DNA of 58,317 bases, taken from a virus. Its lineage: Duplodnaviria; Caudoviricetes. The DNA lies in IMG/VR virus record IMGVR_UViG_3300037323_000213, positions 1-58,317 of that record; one strand, 5' to 3'. The notes beneath the pieces were generated by a model that saw only the letters and a program-made list of their open reading frames with translations, was not told the origin of the DNA and ran no database searches. Below are positions 38,887 through 48,158 of this stretch, in pieces (the stretch's first letter is position 1; every line of letters begins with the position of its first letter). The translations under genes were made by a program, and so were the position numbers.

Positions 38887-38946
38887 ATACGATTGCAGAT
38901 TTCTTCAGTCACATATGGCTTCATTATGTTAGTCTAGGAATTCTCT
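38887..38946 (+). promoter_or_regulatory. Repeated motif, putative early promoter
   Basis: ATACGATTGCAGATTTCTTCAGTCACATATGGCTT also occurs at ~46178. Confidence 0.65.
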
Positions 38947-38990
38947 TAGGCAACACATTTTACGCTCTCATCGAGCAGAATGGATTTATT

Positions 38991-39563
38991 ATGAAAGTCT
39001 CTTTTAAGTTGACGCCAGCTCAATTGATTATTGCACAAGCAATTCTGGCCAAAGTGCCAGAGTGGAGCGATGACGGGAATGATTCCTGGGCGGGTAACAT
39101 GATGGGGTACTGTTTCGACCATCCTTGTTACAATGCGAATCAGGCACTTAACCTGATTGGTCAGTATCTCACCTACGAAGGTGAGAGGTGCCCCATGCTC
39201 CAAGATGGTCACATGGCCATCTTGAGGAAGGTGTTTCAAGATGACTTGAGCACCGCCCGAGTGATTCTGTATGATACCTCTGATAAAAGGCTGATCTGGT
39301 CAGAGAGCCTGAGCGACTACATCGAAAAACGCGCAACTCTCCAGGAGGTGGTAGAGTATGTGAAGAAAGAGGCGGTTAGACTTAACCATAAATTTAGTTA
39401 TTTGCTAACTATGGGCCACCTGGCCCGCCATGAAGGTCTGGTGGAGACGATCGGCCTCCTGCTCTCGGAAAAGGATTCGCGTGCAAACGCGTCCTTCGAC
39501 AAGAAAACAATCAACGCTGCAAGAGCGTTGATCCCGCTAGTTACCGAACCAGTGACGGCATAA
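38991..39563 (+). CDS. Hypothetical (putative early) protein
   Basis: 190-aa ORF downstream of the promoter motif, followed by a hairpin and T tract. Confidence 0.65.
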   Translation: MKVSFKLTPAQLIIAQAILAKVPEWSDDGNDSWAGNMMGYCFDHPCYNANQALNLIGQYLTYEGERCPMLQDGHMAILRKVFQDDLSTARVILYDTSDKRLIWSESLSDYIEKRATLQEVVEYVKKEAVRLNHKFSYLLTMGHLARHEGLVETIGLLLSEKDSRANASFDKKTINAARALIPLVTEPVTA

Positions 39564-39637
39564 AGCGCACCTCCACCCCAACGTCTTAGGATGCTGGGGT
39601 GGAGGTGTTTCTTTCTTTATTTTTTTTTTCATAAAAA

Positions 39638-39690
39638 CGATTCCAAACATTGTTGGGCACACATTACTCAATTGAACAGAGTAGCAAACC
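39638..39690 (+). promoter_or_regulatory. Putative early promoter (variant)
   Basis: CGATT...CACATTAC...GAGTAGCAA, similar to 41176-41230. Confidence 0.5.
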
Positions 39691-39734
39691 CGCTGTTTAT
39701 CAGAGCGCCTTGTGCGCAGAAAGACGAATTGTTC

Positions 39735-40376
39735 ATGAGCAATTACCTCGACATGTTGCTGGACGAGTCCGGTGACTTACAGTCAACTCTGAATCAGCTT
39801 ACAGAAGATTTCAATCAAAGGACATCGGTAGCCTTAGAGGAGAGTCATCAGCTGAGAGGACATCACTACTTCGGTGGAGAATTTATCACCTACAGTCGCT
39901 TGGATCTTAAGGACGATCCGACAACAACACATCGCACCTCGGTGTGTTATCGTCACCTCGCCAAACTTCATTTTAACAAGTTTGTTAAAGAGCTGAGCGA
40001 TTTGTACGGCGGGGATGTTAAAAACATCCCCGCGTCGGTTGTCATCAGTGAAGACCTGGTGATCGATGCGTTTGAAGAAGCCTGTGTCAGGCTGGTCACT
40101 GGTGACTTGGCCAGGTGTGTCATGACGCATGAGGCGTTCTTGGAGCTGTACAAGGCAGGTGGTGAGCGAGAGGTGATGTTCATCGATCAGACCTACGTCA
40201 ATCTGGAGGCCTTCTTGTTTAATAGCAGAGAAGATATGTACGATGGGGCTTTGCCTCACCTGATTATGTTTGTGGATGTGGGCAAATGGGTGACTGCAGA
40301 GTCTGGGGATCTCGTGCGTGAGTCCATTGAGAACCGATGCTTTCATAATGACATGGAAGTCGAATCGCCCATTTGA
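39735..40376 (+). CDS. Hypothetical protein, paralog of 40431..41081
   Basis: Shares NY..ML....GDLQS, FITY.RLD..DDP, YRHLAKL.F, MT.E.FL.LY..GGE and VGKWV with the next gene. Confidence 0.75.
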   Translation: MSNYLDMLLDESGDLQSTLNQLTEDFNQRTSVALEESHQLRGHHYFGGEFITYSRLDLKDDPTTTHRTSVCYRHLAKLHFNKFVKELSDLYGGDVKNIPASVVISEDLVIDAFEEACVRLVTGDLARCVMTHEAFLELYKAGGEREVMFIDQTYVNLEAFLFNSREDMYDGALPHLIMFVDVGKWVTAESGDLVRESIENRCFHNDMEVESPI

Positions 40377-40430
40377 TTACAGTTAACCACCCCGGCCTAA
40401 ATGCCGGGGTGGTTAACAGGTGAAACAAAC

Positions 40431-41081
40431 ATGAACAATTATATCAACATGCTGTTAAACAGAGCCGGTGATTTGCAGTCGGATCTGAGCCAATTCACAA
40501 CCGATTTTCATCAAAGACGTCATGGAATAATGCAGGGAGATGAGAATCCAATTGGAAACCGTCTTTCGGCCGGGACCTTCATCACGTACAACCGTCTGGA
40601 TGCACGTGATGACCCAGCCAAAGCGCAGCGTCTCCTAGCGCTGTATCGGCATTTGGCCAAACTGAAGTTCGATGCCTGCGTTAAGCTCCTGCCCAAGGTG
40701 TACGAGGATGATATCAGCGATATGCTGCCGTCATTTGTCAGTGTGGAGAGTTTAGTAGTCGACACGTTCAGTAACCACTGTTTGAACTTGGCCATCGGGG
40801 AGCTGGCCAAACATGCCATGACCCAAGAAGTGTTCCTAAAGCTGTACGGTGAGGGTGGTGAAGATCAGGTCAATTTCATTGATCAACCTCACGTGGCGAT
40901 GGACTTCTTCGTGTCTGGTAGAAACAGATATTTGTGCAAAGGCGCTCCACCGTACGTAACCGTATTCGTCAGAGTGGGCAAGTGGGTCAACACCCATTCA
41001 ACGTCAGCGGAGTTGTTCTATGACGCGATTGACAGCAGGTGTTTTTACAGCGGCATAGAACTTAACTTACCTCCTGGCTAA
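40431..41081 (+). CDS. Hypothetical protein, paralog of 39735..40376
   Basis: Collinear similarity to the upstream gene over its full length. Confidence 0.75.
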   Translation: MNNYINMLLNRAGDLQSDLSQFTTDFHQRRHGIMQGDENPIGNRLSAGTFITYNRLDARDDPAKAQRLLALYRHLAKLKFDACVKLLPKVYEDDISDMLPSFVSVESLVVDTFSNHCLNLAIGELAKHAMTQEVFLKLYGEGGEDQVNFIDQPHVAMDFFVSGRNRYLCKGAPPYVTVFVRVGKWVNTHSTSAELFYDAIDSRCFYSGIELNLPPG

Positions 41082-41175
41082 TGCACTGGCTTTGACAGAC
41101 AGCAGCGTCAACACATAAATCACAATCTGGTCATCAAAGGGCCAGATTGTGATTGTGCTTATTTTTATTTAAAAT

Positions 41176-41230
41176 ACGATTCTAATTGTTTTTGCTCATA
41201 TATTACCAACCTGACTGAGTAGCAATACCG
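41176..41230 (+). promoter_or_regulatory. Putative phiKZ-type early promoter
   Basis: TATATTAC at 41199-41206 matches the described phiKZ early-promoter core; upstream CGATT element. Confidence 0.6.
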
Positions 41231-41267
41231 TTGCTTAATTTAAGCGCTTCGTGCGCAGAAGGAAAAA

Positions 41268-42044
41268 ATGATCAAAATGACGGTTCTGATTGAAGGCACC
41301 ATCGAGCAAGTGCGCGAGCAGTTGGCTGAAGCACAGATGACCCTGGGCGTGCGCGCACACACCTTCACAGCAGCACAGCAAGGCCTGAGTTACCCAAGTC
41401 AACCTATGCGACTTGGGTACAGCGGACACCCGTCCAACCCAGTATTCACCTCACAGGCTGGCTTTCTCCAAGGCACGGCATATCCAAGCAGGGGCTCAGC
41501 GCACCCGACTCAACCCTGGCAAGAGGCGCCACGTCCAGCCGCGTGGGGCGGGGGCTCAATGCAGACCGTACCACCGAGCTACAGCAACCGCTATGTGCCA
41601 GGGGAAAATACGGCGTGGCAAGATACTTTGCTACCCGAGAGTTCGTACAAAAGGCGCATGGCTGCGCATCGGATCGAACTCAGAGACCGAGCTTTGCAGG
41701 CCTATCAGATGGGCCTTTCAAAGGGCATGCATTGGACTTGGTTTGACAGTGCCTCTGATGAAGAAATCCTACAGCTTAACAGCATGTGGCAAGCTGCGCT
41801 TGACCAAGACAAGAACCCCAAAGGGTTTTCTAAGATCATGCTCAAGTTCATTGAGTCTCACCCGTTCCACGGGTACCCAGAAGAAGGAAGGGAATATCCT
41901 TCTCAGTCTCCCACAAACTCATCGCATTTCTCAATGCGTAACATCCTAACGGGTAACAGTTGGCAAAAAGTTCAACGAAGCCGGTTTGTTAGTTACGGTT
42001 TAGATGCTGATGAGTTGGGTTTGGTGGTGGACACGAATGCATGA
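41268..42044 (+). CDS. Hypothetical protein
   Basis: AAGGA RBS; low-complexity Pro/Gln/Ser-rich middle region. Confidence 0.6.
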   Translation: MIKMTVLIEGTIEQVREQLAEAQMTLGVRAHTFTAAQQGLSYPSQPMRLGYSGHPSNPVFTSQAGFLQGTAYPSRGSAHPTQPWQEAPRPAAWGGGSMQTVPPSYSNRYVPGENTAWQDTLLPESSYKRRMAAHRIELRDRALQAYQMGLSKGMHWTWFDSASDEEILQLNSMWQAALDQDKNPKGFSKIMLKFIESHPFHGYPEEGREYPSQSPTNSSHFSMRNILTGNSWQKVQRSRFVSYGLDADELGLVVDTNA

Positions 42045-42222
42045 AGGGAATGCTTCATGCATTCGTGTCCACCTCACGCACATGCTAACACCCCCCGACT
42101 CCAACAAGCTGATTTGCTTCAGCGTCTCAGACACCCACCTGTTCACCGATGAGTACTTTGAGTCCTTAGAGGACTGCTTGGAAGCAGTCAGGTGCACTCA
42201 ATTTGAGCGAGTCGGTACATAA
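42037..42222 (+). CDS. Small hypothetical protein
   Basis: Overlaps the upstream stop; 61 aa. Confidence 0.35.
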   Translation: MHEGNASCIRVHLTHMLTPPDSNKLICFSVSDTHLFTDEYFESLEDCLEAVRCTQFERVGT

Positions 42223-42312
42223 GGTAAGCGTGGTAAAAAGACACGCGCCCCACAGGCCTATGCACCACCTTGGGCTTTGGGTATTTGCACTTTACACAAA
42301 GGAGTTTTTTTC

Positions 42313-42633
42313 ATGAAGCAACCCGCCACCATCGATCTTGACAAGATGACGCTTGAGGAGATTCGAGACCACGTCTTGGAGCTAAACGCCATCATTGGCG
42401 AGTCCAAGTACGGCATCAGCTTGCACCCAAAAGACAACGAGTTCTTAGAAGCGGTCTTTGAGGACAACACCATGCGCGCTGTGGCCAGCTCGGTGAACAA
42501 CGCGCGCCAAGAGATCTTTGAGTTTGCCAACATGCGCTACTGCGCAGGCCTGACAGGCGCCATGCGCTGGCCGTTCTCACAAGAGGCGGCCATTGCCTTT
42601 AACTCAAGCACCGGTCACCACGAGTTCCTTTGA
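42313..42633 (+). CDS. Hypothetical protein
   Basis: AAGGAG RBS; 106 aa. Confidence 0.65.
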   Translation: MKQPATIDLDKMTLEEIRDHVLELNAIIGESKYGISLHPKDNEFLEAVFEDNTMRAVASSVNNARQEIFEFANMRYCAGLTGAMRWPFSQEAAIAFNSSTGHHEFL

Positions 42634-42669
42634 ACCCCACCACACCAATACACACAAGGAAAAACACGC

Positions 42670-43269
42670 ATGAAAAACATCGCCCTCTGCGCCCTCTTCA
42701 CACTGGTCTTTGCGGTGCTCGCGCTGCAAGCGCGCCCACTGCTCCTGAGCACCAACACGACAGTGGTCACCGCCCTTGCCGATTACCCCGTCATCGAGTC
42801 CAAGATCCTGGCCAAAATGAGCCCCATCTTGAGTGAGAGGCAACAAATCGACAAAACCGCCCGCGTCGTCTCTTGGCTGTACAAGACGATGGGGCTGCCC
42901 CAGGCCAAGCAGGTGATCGCCCTGGCCTTTGCCCATGCAAAGAAAAACAACATCGACCCGTACTTGGTTGTTGGACTGATTGCAGCAGAAAGCAGCTTTA
43001 GGCAAAACATCGTAAGCCACATGGGCGCTGAGGGCTACATGCAAGTGATGGCGCTTTACCACGCAGACAAACTAGACGGGCGCGATGTGCTCGACGCTGC
43101 TGTCAACATCCAAACGGGCGTGCAGGTGCTGGCAGACTGCTTGAAGAAGCACACCTTGAACAAACCCGCCTTGGGGTGCTACAACGGCGCTCGGCGCGCC
43201 AAGGACGTGCAGACGTACTACGACAAGGTCACCAAGAAGCAAGCGCGCATCAAGCGCTTGGTTGGATGA
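42670..43269 (+). CDS. Signal-peptide-bearing lytic transglycosylase (SLT domain)
   Basis: N-terminal signal or anchor sequence; IDPYLVVGLIAAESSF, GAEGYMQVM, NIQTG and ALGCYNG motifs. Confidence 0.85.
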   Translation: MKNIALCALFTLVFAVLALQARPLLLSTNTTVVTALADYPVIESKILAKMSPILSERQQIDKTARVVSWLYKTMGLPQAKQVIALAFAHAKKNNIDPYLVVGLIAAESSFRQNIVSHMGAEGYMQVMALYHADKLDGRDVLDAAVNIQTGVQVLADCLKKHTLNKPALGCYNGARRAKDVQTYYDKVTKKQARIKRLVG

Positions 43270-43313
43270 GCAGCACCGCTCAAAGGCATTCACACACGAA
43301 GGAGAATTCTACC

Positions 43314-43577
43314 GTGGCCACCCCTATTTCTGCATTGAATTATGCGCACCTTTTCATCAGCCACAGCGCTGCTGTGTTTGCGCATCAGCTCCAAGCCACT
43401 TGGTTTCTCATCACTTGCTGGATCAAACGGAACTGGTTTGTCCTTACTCGAAAGGGCAGCGGTGGCGTGAGGAACTACCTTGACTTTATGGTTGAGTTAA
43501 AGGCAACTTCTACCAGCGAGGATCGATCTCGCCTTGGGCCACCACTCGCACGCGTTTCTCAGCGTACAAGATTTTGA
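43314..43577 (+). CDS. Small hypothetical protein
   Basis: AAGGAG RBS before a GTG start. Confidence 0.45.
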   Translation: MATPISALNYAHLFISHSAAVFAHQLQATWFLITCWIKRNWFVLTRKGSGGVRNYLDFMVELKATSTSEDRSRLGPPLARVSQRTRF

Positions 43578-43628
43578 GGAAGCCAATCACTTCTTGGGCA
43601 ACTTTCTAGACACCGGAGCAAACTAAGC

Positions 43629-44120
43629 ATGTCAAACGAAATCAACATTCAAAGCCTTGTAGATGCAACACTACACGCTGCAAGCACCTCCTCAAGGGTC
43701 GAGGTCATGAAGCAAGAGGAGAAAACTCCTTTGGAAATTTCTGAGAGTCTTATTGGCCATTGGGATCATGGCGAAGGAAGGCAAATCTTGATCGTGGCCG
43801 CCTTGAAAGGAATGCACGACCGGTTAACCAAGGACGTTGGCTGCCTCTCAACCACTTTTTTGGGTTATCATTTTCTGGTCAAACACTATGACAAACGACC
43901 CGAGGCGGTTGACTGGACCCACCTGATGAGAGACGCTCAGACCCTGAGGGATCTGTGGGACTATTTTCTCAGAGTCAACGGCATGGAAATATCTGGTGTT
44001 CAAATACTCCAAGCGTACGATCACTCTTTCTTTCAAGACCTGTTAGGCACGCCCATCAGCGAATTCAAAGCGTTTGGTCTTAACGCTATCGAGTGCGATT
44101 TTGCAGTACCCATCAATTGA
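43629..44120 (+). CDS. Hypothetical protein, paralog of 44592..45083
   Basis: GGAG RBS; MSNEINI...RDLWDYFLRVNGM...YDHSFFQ.LL.TPIS.FK.FGLNA.EC. Confidence 0.75.
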   Translation: MSNEINIQSLVDATLHAASTSSRVEVMKQEEKTPLEISESLIGHWDHGEGRQILIVAALKGMHDRLTKDVGCLSTTFLGYHFLVKHYDKRPEAVDWTHLMRDAQTLRDLWDYFLRVNGMEISGVQILQAYDHSFFQDLLGTPISEFKAFGLNAIECDFAVPIN

Positions 44121-44132
44121 AATCACGGCGTC

Positions 44133-44579
44133 ATGAGCACCAACAACTCCGACAAGCAAGAAATAAAAGACCTGCGCGCTCAAATGGAGCGCGTTGTTCA
44201 GCACCGGGGGTATTACATTCAAGGGGTAGACGACCTGAAGGGCATGTACGCCTACACGTTTGGGCGCAACGACCGAGGACTCGCTGACCTGATTATACTG
44301 CGTTTTAACAATGTACATGCTCGCCTCTTTGGTGAGGCGTTTGCACTGATTGATTTTGGCGAAGAGGGCACCAGCGCTCCCTGCGTTCCAGGCAAGGTCT
44401 ATGAGAGCAGGTACCTGATTTGCAGCGCGGGCTTGAGCCAAGCAATCAAGTTTAAGATCGTGCCCGCCTACACGGGCTATCACGAGGACAAGATTCTGGG
44501 CATCCTCAGCCGGGGCAAGACTTTGAGTGAAGTGAAGCTGCTCGAGATCATTGTTGCTGATGAAAACAACGCGTTTTGA
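44133..44579 (+). CDS. DUF4262-like protein
   Basis: GYYIQGV....YAYTFG....GLADLII resembles the DUF4262 AYT.GL...G.PELI motif. Confidence 0.45.
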   Translation: MSTNNSDKQEIKDLRAQMERVVQHRGYYIQGVDDLKGMYAYTFGRNDRGLADLIILRFNNVHARLFGEAFALIDFGEEGTSAPCVPGKVYESRYLICSAGLSQAIKFKIVPAYTGYHEDKILGILSRGKTLSEVKLLEIIVADENNAF

Positions 44580-44591
44580 AAGAGACGACCG

Positions 44592-45083
44592 GTGTCCAAC
44601 GAAATCAACATTGAGGGCTTTGTGAACGCCACGCTGAACAAAGCTAGAACTTCAGCCCAGATCGACACGATGCGCGCATCTGGCAAGACCGATACCGAGA
44701 TCGCTCAGGTGGTGCTCAGTGACATTACCTCCGCGGACAAGATGGACATGTTCATCCTCATGCGCTTGATCAACATACACAACCGCATGATCGGCGAGGA
44801 CGTGGGGCTGGACATCACCTTTGCGGGCCACTACCGCTTGATGAGCCACCAGTATCAGCACCCAGATGCCGTTCGATAGATTTGGCTGTTGGACAACACC
44901 CTCACCGTGCGAGACGTGTGGGATCACTTCCTCAGGGTCAACCGCATGGACATGGCGCAGGTGCAAAGGCTGCCCGCGTACGACCACACGTTCTTCCAAG
45001 CCTTGCTGAACACACCCATCAGCAAATTCAAATCCTTTGGCCTAAACGCTGCCGAGTGCTCCTCAACAACACCCACCCTTTGA
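44592..45083 (+). pseudogene. Paralog of 43629..44120 interrupted by an in-frame TAG at 44877-44879
   Basis: Same 492-nt length as its paralog when read through; the TAG aligns with the paralog's TGG (Trp). Confidence 0.7.
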
Positions 45084-45084
45084 C

Positions 45085-45411
45085 ATGAACCTTTCTCACA
45101 CATCAAAAGAAATGTACCTGGCTGCAACCATCACGCCCAGTGACGACCCGATCTCAAAAACGAGCCACTTGTTTTGCAACTTGCTCGAGCAGATACGGCA
45201 AAACCTGACCGAGGACGTGGGTGGTTTTCCAGAGCTGACCTACACCTTATCGATGCACCACTTTACATTAAGGATGCCCAGTCGGTTTTTGAACGACACC
45301 GTGGACACGGGGCAGTTCAGCGTGTCCCACGACACCGCCAGCGCCTACGTCACCATCAGCCACGGGGACGCGGGGGATCACAGCGCCCCCTCAAACACCA
45401 TCATCTTGTAA
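45085..45411 (+). CDS. Hypothetical protein
   Basis: 108-aa ORF directly downstream of the previous gene. Confidence 0.5.
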   Translation: MNLSHTSKEMYLAATITPSDDPISKTSHLFCNLLEQIRQNLTEDVGGFPELTYTLSMHHFTLRMPSRFLNDTVDTGQFSVSHDTASAYVTISHGDAGDHSAPSNTIIL

Positions 45412-45461
45412 CGCATCGGACTCGATCGGTCCTTTGTTGTGCTGGATGTGTTCTTGTTTGA

Positions 45462-45629
45462 GAAGAACACCCCCACCGCGAGGACGGACCCGCTGTGACC
45501 TTGAAAAACGGTACGAATCAATGGTGGTTGCAGGGCAAACAAGTGAACGAAGAAGATGTGATGAGGCAGCAGCCCGTGCTCAAGACCATCACAATTGATG
45601 GGGTCGCGTACACCTTGACGCCTGTGTAA
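45462..45629 (+). pseudogene. Start-less fragment of an HREDGPA-repeat protein
   Basis: Reads HREDGPAVTLKNGTNQWWLQGK...KTITIDGVAY; an in-frame TGA lies just upstream and there is no start codon before the motif. Confidence 0.45.
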
Positions 45630-45702
45630 AAAACGAGTTGGCTCAGCGGTGACTCACTGCGACCACATTTACGCTTAATAAAAGCAGAAAGGTAGGTGAG
45701 AC

Positions 45703-46107
45703 ATGAACTGGTTCACCAAGAGAAATGTCGAGTCTTTAACAGAGTCTGCCAAGAAGACTCTCGCGGACTCGCTCGATGTGTGCGAGCACGTCGATGTCGA
45801 TCACAAGGCACTGTTCGAAGTGTCCTACGAGAACGACAGCTTTGGGCGAGAGGGCTACGGGATGTGCCACGTGTGCTCGGAGCACCAGCACACCCAAGTG
45901 GGGCTGGAGGTGCACATGTGCACCGACTGCCAAAAACCGTTTCTAAAGAAAGACGGTGTTTTGTGGCGCTGGTACGACTTCTACTCCGCACAAGGCGATC
46001 AACCTATACCCGTGTGTGGGGTGTGCAGGGCTCTGGCCAAACACAGCCAGAGAATGAAGAAAGACAACGACGACTACAACAGAGAGCAAGGAGACGACGG
46101 TTATTAA
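45703..46107 (+). CDS. Cys-rich putative zinc-finger protein
   Basis: CEH, CHVC, CTDC and CGVC motifs; AGGT RBS. Confidence 0.65.
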   Translation: MNWFTKRNVESLTESAKKTLADSLDVCEHVDVDHKALFEVSYENDSFGREGYGMCHVCSEHQHTQVGLEVHMCTDCQKPFLKKDGVLWRWYDFYSAQGDQPIPVCGVCRALAKHSQRMKKDNDDYNREQGDDGY

Positions 46108-46176
46108 AGCCAACTGCCCAGGGCGCTGTGTCAACACAGCGCCCTGGGCGGCTATGCTTTAATTTTTGATTGGTTA

Positions 46177-46225
46177 AATACGATTGCAGATTTCTTCAGT
46201 CACATATGGCTTTATTGAGTTAGTA
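46177..46225 (+). promoter_or_regulatory. Repeated motif, putative early promoter
   Basis: About 35 nt identical to the copy at ~38887. Confidence 0.65.
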
Positions 46226-46309
46226 CACACAGTACCAAACTTAAGACATTTGAACCCACCTTTTTTAAAAGGGTTCAACCATGCTCCATCAAGAGCTGAA
46301 AGCAAGACC

Positions 46310-46570
46310 ATGACCACCGCCAACGCTACCAACACCGCCAACAACGCAAACGCTACCAACACCGCCAACGCCACCGATGCCCAGCCAACGATGGCTGACG
46401 TGCAAGCTGCGGCCGAAGCCGCAGCTTGCACCACCACCACCTGGTACGCCGCCCCAACAGTAAAGGTGGTGGGTGGTGTTGTACTCGGAGCTGCCGTTGC
46501 AGCGATCGGGTATTACGCATACCAGCATTTCTATAACGGCAAGACCGCCGTTGCCACTGATCTGGCTTGA
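46310..46570 (+). CDS. Small tail-anchored membrane protein, PTMAD family A1
   Basis: NAT/NTA repeats, QPTMADVQ motif, C-terminal TM ending YQH...GK. Confidence 0.65.
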   Translation: MTTANATNTANNANATNTANATDAQPTMADVQAAAEAAACTTTTWYAAPTVKVVGGVVLGAAVAAIGYYAYQHFYNGKTAVATDLA

Positions 46571-46637
46571 AGATCTCCTCCTGAGCAAGAGGTTAAAAAG
46601 CTTTTCTGGTTTTCTCTTTAACAGGTTAGGAGACAAT

Positions 46638-46841
46638 ATGTCTGCAACAAACACTGGTCAGCCGACAATGGCCGACCTGCAGGAGGCTGCCGACAAGGCA
46701 GCCTCAGCCACGCCCAACATGTTTAGCGCCGCCATCGGCGGCGCTAAACTGGGAATCGTTATCGGTACCGTAATTGGTACCGGAGTGATTGTCAGCGGGG
46801 CAGCTCACGCGCTGTCCCGTTTTGTGTTCGGCAACCGCTGA
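46638..46841 (+). CDS. Small membrane protein, PTMAD family B1
   Basis: AGGAG RBS; QPTMADLQ motif; TM segment; followed by a terminator. Confidence 0.7.
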   Translation: MSATNTGQPTMADLQEAADKAASATPNMFSAAIGGAKLGIVIGTVIGTGVIVSGAAHALSRFVFGNR

Positions 46842-46848
46842 ACACGAA

Positions 46849-46880
46849 GAGCCCGCAGAAATGCGGGTTTCTTTTTTTCC
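46849..46880 (+). terminator. Rho-independent terminator
   Basis: GAGCCCGCA-GAAA-TGCGGGTTT stem-loop followed by a T run. Confidence 0.7.
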
Positions 46881-46900
46881 TCTTCTAAGGAGTATCTCTG

Positions 46901-47704
46901 ATGCTTGTTGTTAAAGCAGATTTTATCTCAATCACCGAAGGACTCAAGTCTTTGGGTGTGATAGTTGGCGACGATGACAATCTAGTGGTTGATCACGTCG
47001 TTGACTACCTGACGGGCAACGACGAGGTCACCTTAATCGTGACAGATGGGGAGTTCAGCGTAAATTTTGAGCTGCCCGCTGATGCCGTTCAGAACCTCGA
47101 ATACCTCCTCTTTGTGAAGAAAGAGGAGGGTGTTGGGTGTATCGTAAGCGTCTCGGGTATCACCGGTAAGCCGGACACCAAATTTGTGAAAATTAAAAAG
47201 GAGTCAGAAATGAGCACGCTCAAAACAATTGAAATAAACGCTAAGGAGTACCAAGACATGATGTCCTTGGCTGCGCAGGCCACGGAAAACACAAACGCGG
47301 CAGCCGTTGCGTTCACCGCTATGATGGCTGCCATGAAAATGGCAGCCACCTCAGCGGCCGAAGCAGCCTCTGCTGCCAACAAGGCAGCTGAGGAGTCCGC
47401 CGCCCTGCTGGCAAGCATTGAAGCAACAGCCCAAGCAGCAATCGCTGCAGCCGCAGCAGCTTCGGCCGCTGAGGTAACGAAGATCGCCGAGCAAGTCAAG
47501 CTGATGGCGGAAGCCATCAGCCAGCAGCGCCAAGCTGCTGCGGCTGCAGGTAAGCCAACCATGGCCGACCTGCAAGACGCAGCTGCTGCGCCGAGCAGTC
47601 AGTGGTACACCCCCACTGCCGCTAAGGCGGTGGGGGCAGCGGTGTTCGTCGCCGCTGCGGCGGCGGGTTATTACACTTACCAGCACTGGGTTGCTGGTAA
47701 GTAA
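46901..47704 (+). CDS. Ala-rich coiled-coil membrane protein, PTMAD family A2
   Basis: AAGGAG RBS; KPTMADLQ motif; C-terminal TM ending YQHWVAGK; possible internal start at ~47210 with its own AAGGAG. Confidence 0.65.
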   Translation: MLVVKADFISITEGLKSLGVIVGDDDNLVVDHVVDYLTGNDEVTLIVTDGEFSVNFELPADAVQNLEYLLFVKKEEGVGCIVSVSGITGKPDTKFVKIKKESEMSTLKTIEINAKEYQDMMSLAAQATENTNAAAVAFTAMMAAMKMAATSAAEAASAANKAAEESAALLASIEATAQAAIAAAAAASAAEVTKIAEQVKLMAEAISQQRQAAAAAGKPTMADLQDAAAAPSSQWYTPTAAKAVGAAVFVAAAAAGYYTYQHWVAGK

Positions 47705-47770
47705 ACCCATCCTCCTGAGCACGAGGTTAAACGGCTTTTGATATTACTTTGACCAATTTTAGGAGACAGT

Positions 47771-47971
47771 ATGTCTACAGAAAACACCGGTTGGCCGACG
47801 ATGGCCGACTTGCAGAAACAAGCAGAGGAATTTGCAGTCACCCCCAAGTGGGCGGCGGCGAAAACGGTCACCCGCGTGGCGGTGACGGTGGTGGCCGCCA
47901 TCGCGGTGACCACGGTCATCGTGCGCAGCGCAGGTGCGCTGTCCGACTGCGTCTTTGGCGCGCACGACTGA
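47771..47971 (+). CDS. Small membrane protein, PTMAD family B2
   Basis: AGGAG RBS; WPTMADLQ motif; TM segment; ALS..VFG ending like B1. Confidence 0.7.
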   Translation: MSTENTGWPTMADLQKQAEEFAVTPKWAAAKTVTRVAVTVVAAIAVTTVIVRSAGALSDCVFGAHD

Positions 47972-48046
47972 GAGAGAAGCACCCCCGACCCCTCTGCTCA
48001 GGCAGGGCGTTGGAGGTGCTTCTTTTTTTTTGTTTAAACCGAATCG

Positions 48047-48076
48047 GATTGCAGAGTATCACAGTCACTTATTACC
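48047..48076 (+). promoter_or_regulatory. Putative early promoter (variant)
   Basis: GATTGCAGAG...CAGTCACTTATTAC. Confidence 0.5.
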
Positions 48077-48158
48077 TTCTTGGTCTACGGCACTGAGCCA
48101 CTAAAAATACAGTGTATCATCATCGCATAGACCCGCCCTCTCACAACTCAAGGTTAAA

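Noticed and set aside
44877-44879. Genome-wide TAG recoding (alternative genetic code)
   Set aside because: TAG ends conserved genes normally (35384, 38732) and the long core genes are intact under the standard code; only one internal TAG was seen.
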